This document shows positions 38,230 to 45,950 of a DNA stretch of 64,000 nt, one piece after another. The first letter of the stretch is position 1; every line of letters starts with the position of its first letter. The position numbers and the translations under genes were made by a program. The notes below the pieces were generated by a model. The model was not told the origin of the DNA and searched no databases. It saw only the letters and a list, made by a program, of their open reading frames with translations. Origin of the DNA: Acidimicrobiales bacterium (GTDB lineage: Bacteria; Actinomycetota; Acidimicrobiia; Acidimicrobiales; DATDAH01); assembly GCA_041908445.1 (NCBI GenBank), contig JAYRFK010000110.1, forward strand, positions 1,567 to 65,566, read 5' to 3'.

Positions 38230-39576
38230 GTGACCCCCCGAGTGCCCCGTGTCCGCTTCGCGCCCGCGCCCACCGGCTCGCTGCACGTCGGCAGCGCCCG
38301 TTCGGCGCTGTTCAACTGGCTCTACGCCCGGGCGGTCGGCGGCACCATGGTCCTGCGCATCGAGGACACCGACACCGAGCGCAACAAGCCCGAGCTCATC
38401 GAGGGCATCCTGCGCTCGCTCGAGTGGCTGGGCATCGACTGGGACGAGGGGCCGATCCACCAGTCCGACCGCTTCGAGCTGTACCGGGAGGCCGCCGGCC
38501 GTCTCCTCGCCGAGGGTCGGGCCTACCTCGTCGACGCCGACGACCAGCAGGTCGAGGGCGACCAGCTCACCGCCGGCCTGGCCGTGCGGTTCCGGGTGCC
38601 CGACGAGGGCGCCATCGAGTTCGACGACGTCATCCGGGGCCACGTCCGCTTCGAGAACGAGAACGTCGAGGACCCGGTCATTTGGCGCTCGAACGGCACC
38701 CCCACGTTCCTCATCGCCAACGCGGTGGACGATGTCGACCTCGACATCACCCACGTGATCCGCGGCGAGGACCTGCTGTCGTCCACCCCGAAGGTCATCC
38801 ACCTGCGGGTCGCGCTCGGCCACACCGAGCTGCCCGTCTACGCGCACCTGCCCCTGCTGGTGAACGCGCAGCGCCAGAAGCTCTCGAAGCGCCGTGACGA
38901 CGTCGCCCTCTGGGACTACCGCGACAAGGGCTACCTGCCCGAGGCCATGGCCAACTACCTGGCCCTGCTGGGCTGGGGCCCGCCCGACGGGGTCGAGGTG
39001 CGGCCGATGGGCGAGATCATCGAGCGCTTCCGCCTCGAGGACATCACGAAGTCCGCGGCGTTCTTCGACCTGAAGAAGCTCGACCACGTGAACGGGGAGT
39101 GGATGCGGGGCCTGGCCGTGGAGGACTTCATCGGCCGCTGCGGGCCCACCCTCGCCGAGGGCCCCTGGAAGGCCGAAGACTTCGACCCGGCGGCCTTCGC
39201 CGAGCTCGCCCCGCTCGTGCAGGAGCGGGTCACCACCCTCGGCGACGTCCCCGACTACGTCGACTGGCTGTTCCTCGCCGAGGCCCCGATCGACGAGGCG
39301 TCGTGGGAGAAGGCCATGGTCAAGGGCCCCGACGCCGCCGGGATGCTCGACGACGCCATCGCCGCCTTCGCCGACGTCGAGTGGACCGCCGAGGCGCTCC
39401 ACGCGTGCCTGCTGGGGCTCGGCGAGGCCCGGGGCCTCAAGCTGGGCAAGGCCCAGGCGCCCGTGCGGGTCTCGGTCACCGGCCGCACCGTGGGCCCGCC
39501 CCTGTTCGAGTCGCTCGTGGTGTTCGGCCGTGAGCGCACGCTCGAACGCCTGAGGGCGGCCCGCGCCCGGCTGTGA
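38230..39576 (+). CDS. gltX: glutamyl-tRNA synthetase
   Basis: RFAPAPTGSLHVGSARSALFNW (HIGH-type) and KLSKRR (KMSKS-type). Followed by tRNA-Gln and tRNA-Glu, as in other actinobacteria. Confidence 0.92.
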   Translation: MTPRVPRVRFAPAPTGSLHVGSARSALFNWLYARAVGGTMVLRIEDTDTERNKPELIEGILRSLEWLGIDWDEGPIHQSDRFELYREAAGRLLAEGRAYLVDADDQQVEGDQLTAGLAVRFRVPDEGAIEFDDVIRGHVRFENENVEDPVIWRSNGTPTFLIANAVDDVDLDITHVIRGEDLLSSTPKVIHLRVALGHTELPVYAHLPLLVNAQRQKLSKRRDDVALWDYRDKGYLPEAMANYLALLGWGPPDGVEVRPMGEIIERFRLEDITKSAAFFDLKKLDHVNGEWMRGLAVEDFIGRCGPTLAEGPWKAEDFDPAAFAELAPLVQERVTTLGDVPDYVDWLFLAEAPIDEASWEKAMVKGPDAAGMLDDAIAAFADVEWTAEALHACLLGLGEARGLKLGKAQAPVRVSVTGRTVGPPLFESLVVFGRERTLERLRAARARL

Positions 39577-40250
39577 GCCGGCGTTCCCAGCACCGAGCAC
39601 CGCGGTGGCTGCGGGTCACCGTCCGGGTGGTGGCGGCCGTCGCCGCCCTGCTCGCCCTCTACCTCGTCGTCACCTTCGCCCAGGTCTGGTGGACGTCGCG
39701 CCAGGACGACGCCGTGGACGCCCAGGCCATCGTGGTGCTGGGCGCGGCGCAGTACGACGGCACCCCGTCGCCCGTCTTCCGGGCCCGGCTCGACCACGCC
39801 CTCGAGCTGTACGAGCAGGGTCTCGCCCCGACCATCGTGGTGACGGGTGGCAACCAGCCCGGCGACCGCTTCACCGAGGCGAGCGCCGGTGCGAACTACC
39901 TCCTGGCCCACGGCGTGCCCGAGCAGGACATCCGGCGGGAGGTCGACGCCCACAACTCGTGGGAGTCGCTGGCGGCGGTCGCCCGCATCCTCGACGACGA
40001 GGGGGTGGACGAGGTCATCCTCGTCTCCGACCCCTACCACTCCTTCCGGGTCGGCCAGATCGCCCGTGAGCTGGGCATGACCCCGCACCTCTCTCCCACC
40101 CGGACCAGCCCCGCCAGCAGCTTCAGCGAGCTCCGGTCGATGGTGCGCGAGACGATGGCGGTGTCCATCGGGCGCTTCGTCGGCTACCGCCGCCTCGTCC
40201 GCATCGACGACGAGGTGGGCCGCATCCGGGAGGGTGTGGGCCGCAACTGA
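39573..40250 (+). CDS. DUF218 (YdcF/ElyC-like) domain protein
   Basis: N-terminal TM helix, then AIVVLGAAQYDGTPSPVFRARLDHALELYEQGLAPTIVVTGG, typical of DUF218. The GTG overlaps the gltX stop. Confidence 0.75.
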   Translation: MSRRSQHRAPRWLRVTVRVVAAVAALLALYLVVTFAQVWWTSRQDDAVDAQAIVVLGAAQYDGTPSPVFRARLDHALELYEQGLAPTIVVTGGNQPGDRFTEASAGANYLLAHGVPEQDIRREVDAHNSWESLAAVARILDDEGVDEVILVSDPYHSFRVGQIARELGMTPHLSPTRTSPASSFSELRSMVRETMAVSIGRFVGYRRLVRIDDEVGRIREGVGRN

Positions 40251-40319
40251 CCCGCCGGGTGGGTCCGGGTTCCGGTTTCGGAATCCGGCGCAGGAGCCGC
40301 TAACCTCGGGGGTTCCCGT

Positions 40320-40391
40320 TCGGGGGTGGTGTAATCGGCAACACAACTGGTTCTGGTCCAGTTATTGGGGGTTCGAGTCCTCCCCCCCGAG
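40320..40391 (+). tRNA. tRNA-Gln (anticodon CTG)
   Basis: Hand-folded cloverleaf: acceptor TCGGGGG/CCCCCGA (U1-A72), D stem GTGT/ACAC, anticodon arm ACTGG-TTCTGGT-CCAGT, T arm GGGGG-TTCGAGT-CCTCC. CCA is not encoded. Confidence 0.9.
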
Positions 40392-40406
40392 CTTGACAAC
40401 TGATCT

Positions 40407-40479
40407 GGCCCCATCGTCTAGAGGCCTAGGACACCACCCTCTCAAGGTGGCGACACGGGTTCGAATCCCGTTGGGGCTG
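40407..40479 (+). tRNA. tRNA-Glu (anticodon CTC)
   Basis: Hand-folded: acceptor GGCCCCA/TGGGGCT, D arm GTCT-AGAGGCCTAGG-AC, anticodon arm CCACC-CTCTCAA-GGTGG, T arm ACGGG-TTCGAAT-CCCGT. It aligns with the canonical bacterial tRNA-Glu layout. Confidence 0.9.
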
Positions 40480-40485
40480 CAACAT

Positions 40486-40517
40486 GAACGGACCTGCGCT
40501 TCGGTGCGGGTCCGTTC
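40486..40517 (+). terminator. 14-bp hairpin with UUCG tetraloop directly after tRNA-Glu
   Basis: GAACGGACCTGCGC-TTCG-GTGCGGGTCCGTTC. Confidence 0.6.
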
Positions 40518-40548
40518 CGCGTCCCGCCGGAGCAGCGGCTTCGCCGCT

Positions 40549-40604
40549 GGACACCACGCCCGTCTGATGGTGGCGACACGGGTTCGAATCCCGTTGGGGC
40601 TGCA
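40549..40604 (+). repeat. tRNA-Glu-like partial copy 2 (3' part of tRNA-Glu with an 11-nt replacement of the anticodon loop)
   Basis: GGACACCAC-GCCCGTCTGAT-GGTGGCGACACGGGTTCGAATCCCGTTGGGGCTGCA. The 37 nt from GGTGG through the acceptor 3' strand to GCAA match the tRNA-Glu gene exactly. The upstream sequence does not form a good 5' acceptor strand. Confidence 0.8.
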
Positions 40605-40607
40605 ACT

Positions 40608-40637
40608 ACGAAGACCCTGCTTCGGCAGGGTCTTCGT
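40608..40637 (+). terminator. 13-bp perfect hairpin with UUCG tetraloop after tRNA-like copy 2
   Basis: ACGAAGACCCTGC-TTCG-GCAGGGTCTTCGT. Confidence 0.6.
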
Positions 40638-40674
40638 CGCGTCTGGGCCCGAGCCGTCGCCTGGCGGCGCCGGG

Positions 40675-40730
40675 GGACACCACGCTCGTCTGATGGTGGC
40701 GACACGGGTTCGAATCCCGTTGGGGCTGCA
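40675..40730 (+). repeat. tRNA-Glu-like partial copy 3
   Basis: GGACACCAC-GCTCGTCTGAT-GGTGGCGACACGGGTTCGAATCCCGTTGGGGCTGCA differs from copy 2 by one C/T. Upstream GGCCCGA could pair 6/7 with the 3' acceptor strand. Confidence 0.8.
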
Positions 40731-40733
40731 AGT

Positions 40734-40763
40734 GCGCTGACTTGCGGAAACGCAGGTCAGCGT
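40734..40763 (+). terminator. 13-bp hairpin with GAAA tetraloop after tRNA-like copy 3
   Basis: GCGCTGACTTGCG-GAAA-CGCAGGTCAGCGT. Confidence 0.6.
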
Positions 40764-40941
40764 CGCGTCCAGGGTCGGGTGGCGCACGTGTCGCTGGACC
40801 TGTCCGACGACGCCCGCCTCCGCGGACGGTCGACTGGCCGTAGCCCGGCCAGAACGCCAGGCGAGGACCAAGGGCGGCACGGCAGTGTCCCGCTCGAAGT
40901 CCCGCCGTGGAACCGCTCGCTCGATGCTGCCTCCCGCCGGA

Positions 40942-41112
40942 TCAGCCCTCGGGCCGGATGAACTCGTAGCGCCACCGCTCCGGTGGGCCGTCATCGACGA
41001 GGACGTACACGCCCCCGCGCTCCTCGATCTCGAGGGGTGGTGGATACCGGACGAGTCGACTTGTCGACGGTCCGCCATCGCAGGCAATCAGCATCCGGTC
41101 GCCGTCCTGCAC
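40942..41112 (-). CDS. small hypothetical protein (weak call)
   Basis: The ORF tail ...DGDRMLIACDGGPSTSRLVRYPPPLEIEERGGVYVLVDDGPPERWRYEFIRPEG has non-artefactual composition. The start is uncertain (GTG 41112 or ATG 41094). Confidence 0.2.
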   Translation of the reverse strand: MQDGDRMLIACDGGPSTSRLVRYPPPLEIEERGGVYVLVDDGPPERWRYEFIRPEG

Positions 41113-41164
41113 GGCATCATCATCGCTCGCGTCGACCCGGAACGCCGGCTCGGCAGCGGGTGCT

Positions 41165-41812
41165 TCAGGCCAGGAGCAGCTCGGCAAGTCCGACGGGGTT
41201 GGCGAGCGCCGGAAGATGACCCGCGGCGACGTGCTCCGGCTCCACGCCGAGGCGGTCACGGATGAGTCGGTCCATGAAGGCGACTGGGAAGAAGCGGTCG
41301 TTCGTCGCCGCGATCCCTCGCGTCGGGATCGCCGGCAGGGCCGGGAGCGGGAACGGGTCTGTCATGACGCGGTCAGCCTGCTCGGGCTCGCCTCGATCCA
41401 GCGCCTCCTGAAGCACGCTCGGCGGGAGGTCGTGGAGGAAATGCTCCATGGCGTCCATCTCTTGGCCGCCCCATACGTCGTGGAAGCCGCTGGTGGCCCA
41501 CCAATCGCCGGCCGTCTCGCCTGGCTTCGGGATCATGGCGGCGACGAAGACGAGCATGGCCGCGCCGAGACGCTCGGCGACGACGGGAGCGGTGAACCCT
41601 CCGAGCGACTGCCCGACGACCACCGCGTCACCCTCGGGCGGGCCGACGGCGTCGAGCGCGGCGGCAACGTAGGCGTCGAGTCCGGCGTCGGGGTCGCCCG
41701 CGGGCAGACCGACAGGGACGGCGCGGTGCCCGGCTGCCTCGAGCAGCGGACCGACGAGGTGCCAGTACCAGGCGTCCCCGCCCGCACCCGGTAGGAGTAC
41801 GTAGGTGGCCAT
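41165..41812 (-). CDS. alpha/beta hydrolase (methylesterase/SABP2-like fold)
   Basis: MATYVLLPGAGGDAWYWHLV..., nucleophile elbow GQSLGG, and late AGHLPALANP. Confidence 0.7.
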   Translation of the reverse strand: MATYVLLPGAGGDAWYWHLVGPLLEAAGHRAVPVGLPAGDPDAGLDAYVAAALDAVGPPEGDAVVVGQSLGGFTAPVVAERLGAAMLVFVAAMIPKPGETAGDWWATSGFHDVWGGQEMDAMEHFLHDLPPSVLQEALDRGEPEQADRVMTDPFPLPALPAIPTRGIAATNDRFFPVAFMDRLIRDRLGVEPEHVAAGHLPALANPVGLAELLLA

Positions 41813-42071
41813 GCAGGTCGGACGGTAGGCGCTGCCTCGATTCATCGGTCCCGGTCGAACCGCTGGCCTCCGAAGGCGGGACGAGTCGTCGCTTGACCTG
41901 TCACCTGCCGCTGGATCCAAGAGGGGCGCTCTGACTGTGCCGCGGCTCGCCGGTGTGGTCGGAATCTCCGCGGATCTGCCGAACAGCGCTCCCGGTCATC
42001 GCCTCTTGCGAGATTGCGCTGGGACCGCTTTCCTGGGGGCGGGAAGGCATCGAGCGAGCGCGAGGTGACGT

Positions 42072-42245
42072 GTGGTCGATACGCAGAGAAGCTCAGATCG
42101 GCTGGCAATATTCATCTCGGTCGGTTCCGGACTTGGCGCAACGGTCGGTGTTCTTGTCGGCGACGGACCCGGCATCGCAATTGGGGCTGGAATCGGTGCA
42201 TTCCTGGGCGTTGCCGCGGATGCCATGACGAAGCGCCGCACGTAA
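42072..42245 (+). CDS. candidate 57-aa glycine-zipper small membrane protein (not in the supplied ORF track)
   Basis: Hand translation from GTG 42072 gives VVDTQRSSDRLAIFISVGSGLGATVGVLVGDGPGIAIGAGIGAFLGVAADAMTKRRT*. GAGG lies 6 nt upstream. The ORF sits in the lowest-GC patch of the window. Confidence 0.3.
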   Translation: MVDTQRSSDRLAIFISVGSGLGATVGVLVGDGPGIAIGAGIGAFLGVAADAMTKRRT

Positions 42246-42339
42246 CGTGCATCCTCTTGACGTTCTGCCGCGCAGAGAGTGCCGCTTGCGGGCGTTCTCG
42301 CAACGACGCTGGTCTGGCGGTTGCTGTCGGCCGCGTCGG

Positions 42340-42355
42340 CGTTCAGGTGAACGCC
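42340..42355. repeat. 16-mer CGTTCAGGTGAACGCC (copy 1), flanking the HNH pseudogene
   Basis: Exact copies occur at 43083-43098 (direct) and 43055-43070 (inverted). Confidence 0.8.
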
Positions 42356-42365
42356 AGCGGCGACG

Positions 42366-42969
42366 TCAGCTCAGGGGGTTGCCGCTGTTGAGGACGGCGA
42401 TGGTGAAGGAGAGGTCGTCGGGGCGGAGGGGGTGCCGTCCCTGTCGCAGAGGATGATGTCGGGGCCGATGTGGAGTTGGCGGAGCTGGTTGGTGGTGGGG
42501 AGGTCGGGCCCGGTGGGTGGGTTGGGGGTGGTGTCGGTGAGGGGTGCTCTGCCGGGGCGGTGGATGATGACCTCGCCAAGAGGAGCTCGACGCGGTAGCC
42601 GGCTTCGTGGACGAGGCGGTGGTGGAACGGGCAGAGGGTGAGGAGGCTGTCGAGGTGGTTGGGGCCGTTGTGGGCGCGGTGGACGCTGTGGTGGGCGTGG
42701 ACCTTGCCGGTGCTGCCGCAGCCGGGGATGCGGCAGCAGCTGTGGTCTCGGGCGGCGAGGTCGCGGCGGAGCCGGGGTGGGAGGGACGAGGCGGCGTTGG
42801 TGGTGGCGGGGGAGAGGTTGGCGGAGCCGTCGAGGTGGCAGGCGCCCTCCGCGTCGTGGTCGAGGGTGTCGGCGTCGACGTGCACGACCACGGTCGCAGG
42901 AGTGGGAGTGGTGCCGGCGCAGATGGCGACGAGGGCGTCGGCCTGGCGGGCGGCGGTGGTGACAGGCAT
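42366..42969 (-). pseudogene. truncated and frameshifted DUF222/HNH endonuclease (REP13E12-type) pseudogene
   Basis: The HNH core RDHSCCRIPGCGSTGKVHAHHSVHRAHNGPNHLDSLLTLCPFHHRLVHEAGY is intact. The expected C-terminal part is split over two other frames (…IIHRPGRAPL…, …DLSFTIAVL…) and most of the N-terminal DUF222 region is absent. Confidence 0.7.
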
Positions 42970-43054
42970 GGACGGACCTCCCGGGAGGGTCGAACGGACG
43001 TTCCCGTTCTCCCCACCCCCACCGACAAGAATCCCGACGTCGATGGATGCCTCC

Positions 43055-43098
43055 GGCGTTCACCTGAACGCACCCGCAGCGACGTTCAGGTGAACGCC
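43055..43098. repeat. perfect 16-bp-stem hairpin formed by two copies of the 16-mer
   Basis: GGCGTTCACCTGAACG-CACCCGCAGCGA-CGTTCAGGTGAACGCC. Confidence 0.8.
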
Positions 43099-43129
43099 GC
43101 GCCCCGAGCGGGTCTCTGAGCGGCCCCTG

Positions 43130-43330
43130 GGGTGGGAGAGGGAGCACGGCCAGCGCCGCGCCGACGTAGAGCAGACCGGCGAGCAGGAGCGTCGGGACGT
43201 CGGCGGCGAGGACGGACGCGGCGGGCGTGGAGGCGCCGAACAACACCGCAGCAGCTGCGCAACGCAGGGCACCGGTCCGATGCACGGCCCACTCTGGCAC
43301 GGGCGCGCCGGCCACCTCGCCACCGCCCAC
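43130..43330 (-). pseudogene. N-terminal remnant of a DMT/EamA-family transporter gene
   Basis: ALRCAAAAVLFGASTPAASVLAADVPTLLLAGLLYVGAALAVLPL is typical of an EamA first repeat. The frame then degenerates at the hairpin/HNH junction. Confidence 0.35.
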
Positions 43331-43438
43331 CCGAGACCGCCGCTCGACCCCGGCGCCGCCGACACCCCCACGTTGGGTGCATGGACATCAGTGCCAGGGG
43401 GTAGCAACAGGCCCGTGTTCGGATCGCTGTACTGCGGC

Positions 43439-43642
43439 ATGGTCGGCTGCCGGTGGGAGAACCGCCGGGGCTACGACTGGTGCCCGCGCTGCCAGGCGGT
43501 GTCGTGGCACGTCGTCCACGGGCCCCGGCGGCGCCGGACCCTGCAGACGTCGGTCCTGGCCGTCGCCGCGCTCCCGGCGGCGCTGCTGAGCTGGGCGGGT
43601 GCCCACGAGGGCTCCGACCTCTTCGCCGACGAGATCGCCTGA
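43439..43642 (+). CDS. small hypothetical protein with CxxC...CxxC-like cysteines and one hydrophobic segment (weak call)
   Basis: MVGCRWENRRGYDWCPRCQAVSWHVV...TSVLAVAALPAALLSWAG. No motif beyond the cysteine pairs. Confidence 0.25.
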   Translation: MVGCRWENRRGYDWCPRCQAVSWHVVHGPRRRRTLQTSVLAVAALPAALLSWAGAHEGSDLFADEIA

Positions 43643-43705
43643 CCGGACGTCCCCGGGGCGGGCCGGGCCGGCAGGCGGGGGGACGTGCCGGGCTCGTCAC
43701 CCGGC

Positions 43706-44098
43706 CTACGTGCCGGAGGCCGTCACGACGAGCACACCGAGGGCGAAGCCGCCGACGGTGCCGAGGACCGCGACGACCATCGCCACGGCGCCGCGGGGCT
43801 CCTTCTTGGACAAGGCGATGCCGGCCAGCACCAGCGCCGCAGGGCCGAGCACGATGGGCAGGACCAGCAGGGCGATGCAACCCAGGGCGATGGCCCACGT
43901 CGAGAAGCGGTTGGCCGGCGCCGGCGGCGGCCCTGCCGGGGGCGGACCCCACGCGGGTGGCGCCAGGGGCCCGCTGGCGTGCGGCGGCGGGACGTGGGAG
44001 AACGGCGCCGGCGGGGCGTCGGGGGCCACGGCGGCGCCGCAGGTCGAGCAGTAGCTGCGTCCCTCCTGCACCTCGTGCCCGCAGTTCCCGCAGGTCAT
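43706..44098 (-). CDS. zinc-ribbon plus DUF4190-like membrane protein
   Basis: MTCGNCGHEVQEGRSYCSTCGA zinc ribbon, a Pro-rich linker and two C-terminal TM helices. Confidence 0.6.
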   Translation of the reverse strand: MTCGNCGHEVQEGRSYCSTCGAAVAPDAPPAPFSHVPPPHASGPLAPPAWGPPPAGPPPAPANRFSTWAIALGCIALLVLPIVLGPAALVLAGIALSKKEPRGAVAMVVAVLGTVGGFALGVLVVTASGT

Positions 44099-44232
44099 CG
44101 TTCGCCTCCCGACCGGCCCTGCGCCGGATCGTACCGGCCCCACCGGGGGGCGCCGCCGGTTGCGTCCGCACCCCCCGGGGTCACCTACGCTCGCCTTCCG
44201 CTCCCGAACCCCCGCCGCAGGAGGCCCTCCCC

Positions 44233-44622
44233 ATGACCCAGTCCGGACCCGACGACGCCGTGCGCGACCTCGTGCACCGGGGCACCGTGACGGTGCCGCC
44301 GGCAGCGACGCTGCGTGACGCCGCGGTGGTGATGGAGCGGGAGGAGGTGGGCGCCGTGGTGGTCGTGGCCGAGGGCCGGGCCGCCGGCGTGCTGTCCGAG
44401 CGCGACATCGTCCGCGCCGTCGCCAACGGGGAGGACGTGGACGACGTCCGCGCCGAGGACGTCATGGCGGTGGACGTGGTCACCATCGGCCTCGACGCCA
44501 CCGTCACCGAGGCGGCCGACGTCATGGAGGCGGGCAACATCCGCCACCTGCCCGTCACCGACGACGACAAGGTCGTCGGCATGGTGTCGATCCGCGACAT
44601 CCTCGCCGCACACCGCGCCTGA
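44233..44622 (+). CDS. CBS domain pair protein
   Basis: 129 aa with two CBS repeats (…GAVVVVAEGRAAGVLSERDIVRAV… and …IRHLPVTDDDKVVGMVSIRDILA…). Confidence 0.8.
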   Translation: MTQSGPDDAVRDLVHRGTVTVPPAATLRDAAVVMEREEVGAVVVVAEGRAAGVLSERDIVRAVANGEDVDDVRAEDVMAVDVVTIGLDATVTEAADVMEAGNIRHLPVTDDDKVVGMVSIRDILAAHRA

Positions 44623-44653
44623 GGCGCGAGCCGCCGCTCGGGCGAGCCGAGGG

Positions 44654-45940
44654 TCAGGTCCCGGGCTGCTCCACCCGGGACACCCCGGTGAAGGTCAGGA
44701 CGTAGAGCTCACCGTCGGGGCCCTGTCCGAACGAGACCAGGGTGTTGTCGGTGACGGCATCGCCGAGGTCGCCGATCACCGAGGACCCGTCCGGGCTCAT
44801 GCTCGACAGCGTGCCCGTGCAGAAGTCGCCGAACACGTACTGGCCGACGAGGCCCGGGATGGCGCTGCCCCGGTACACGTACCCGCCGATGATCGAGCAG
44901 CCTGTGATGCCGCTCGGCGACGGCGGGCTGTTGTCGTGGGGGTAGGCGAAGGTCGGTGCGGTGTGGTTGCCGGGCACGTGTGTGTTCCCGTTGAAGGTGT
45001 CGGGTCCCTCCATCAGGCTCCAGCCCAGGTTCGCGCCGCGGCCTCGGGCGTTCGGCCCGCTGTTCGGGAGCACGTCGACCTCCTCCCAGACGTCCTGGCC
45101 GACATCGGCCACGATGAGGTCCCCGGTCTGGGCGTCGAACGAGAACCGCCACGGGTTGCGCACGCCGTAGAGCCAGATCTCCGGGCGGCGGGGCGCCTGG
45201 CCCACGTACGGGTTCGTGGGCGGCGACCGGTACGGGCGGGTCGCGGTCGGCGCCGGGTTGATGCGCAGGATCTTGCCGAGCAGCACCTGGCGGTTCTGGC
45301 CGTTCCCGTTGGGGTCGTTGGCGCCGCCGCCGTCGCCCACGGCGATGTAGAGCTTGCCGTCGGGGCCGAAGGCGATGTCCCCGCCGTTGTGGTTGCCGAA
45401 GGGCTGGTGGCGGATGCTCAGCACCTTGCGCCGTGACCCCGGCACGATCTGGGGCACCCCGTCGACGTCCTCGACGGTGTACTCGACGATCCGCAGGTTG
45501 CCCCGGATGTTGGTGTGGTCGAGGTACAGCCGGTCACCGGTCGGGTTGAAGGTCATCCCGAGCAGCCCCCCCTCGCCGTCGGTGCCCGTGAAGCCCGAGA
45601 TGTCGAGCAGCGGGGTCGGGTCCAGGGTGACGGTGTCGCCGCTGACCTCGAGGTGGCGGACCTGGCCGGCGCGCGTGGCGACGAAGAGGTCGTCGCTACC
45701 GGGCCACGTCGCCATGGCGATGGCGCCCGGCAGCGACACGACCGGCGCGAGGGCGATGACGGGACCGCCCTCGGGGGGAGCCTCCTGCGCGCCGCTGGGC
45801 GCCGTCCCGGTCAGGGCCAGCGTGGCCGCGGCGGTGGCCGCGACGAGCGCGGCGCCGAGGCGTCGGGACGTCGTGCGGTGCGTGCGGGCGTGCGGGTTCC
45901 GGCCGTGCGACATGGGGGCCAGCCTACGCGTGGCCCCCAC
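44654..45940 (-). CDS. secreted PQQ-dependent sugar dehydrogenase (soluble glucose/sorbosone dehydrogenase family)
   Basis: Signal peptide, then HNGGDIAFGPDGKLYIAVGDGG, GVRNPWRFSFD and CSIIGGYVYRG motifs. The start could also be Met-10 (45913). Confidence 0.85.
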   Translation of the reverse strand: MGATRRLAPMSHGRNPHARTHRTTSRRLGAALVAATAAATLALTGTAPSGAQEAPPEGGPVIALAPVVSLPGAIAMATWPGSDDLFVATRAGQVRHLEVSGDTVTLDPTPLLDISGFTGTDGEGGLLGMTFNPTGDRLYLDHTNIRGNLRIVEYTVEDVDGVPQIVPGSRRKVLSIRHQPFGNHNGGDIAFGPDGKLYIAVGDGGGANDPNGNGQNRQVLLGKILRINPAPTATRPYRSPPTNPYVGQAPRRPEIWLYGVRNPWRFSFDAQTGDLIVADVGQDVWEEVDVLPNSGPNARGRGANLGWSLMEGPDTFNGNTHVPGNHTAPTFAYPHDNSPPSPSGITGCSIIGGYVYRGSAIPGLVGQYVFGDFCTGTLSSMSPDGSSVIGDLGDAVTDNTLVSFGQGPDGELYVLTFTGVSRVEQPGT

Positions 45941-45950
45941 GTCGACCCCG

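Noticed and set aside
40362-41087. 241-aa minus-strand ORF with threefold SPNGIRTRVATIRRAWCP repeat
   Set aside because: The repeat is the antisense translation of tRNA-Glu and its two partial copies, so this is not a protein gene.
42343-42969. Intact 208-aa HNH endonuclease gene
   Set aside because: Only the HNH core is in this frame. The expected downstream sequence continues in two other frames, and the DUF222 N-terminal region is missing, so it is called a pseudogene.
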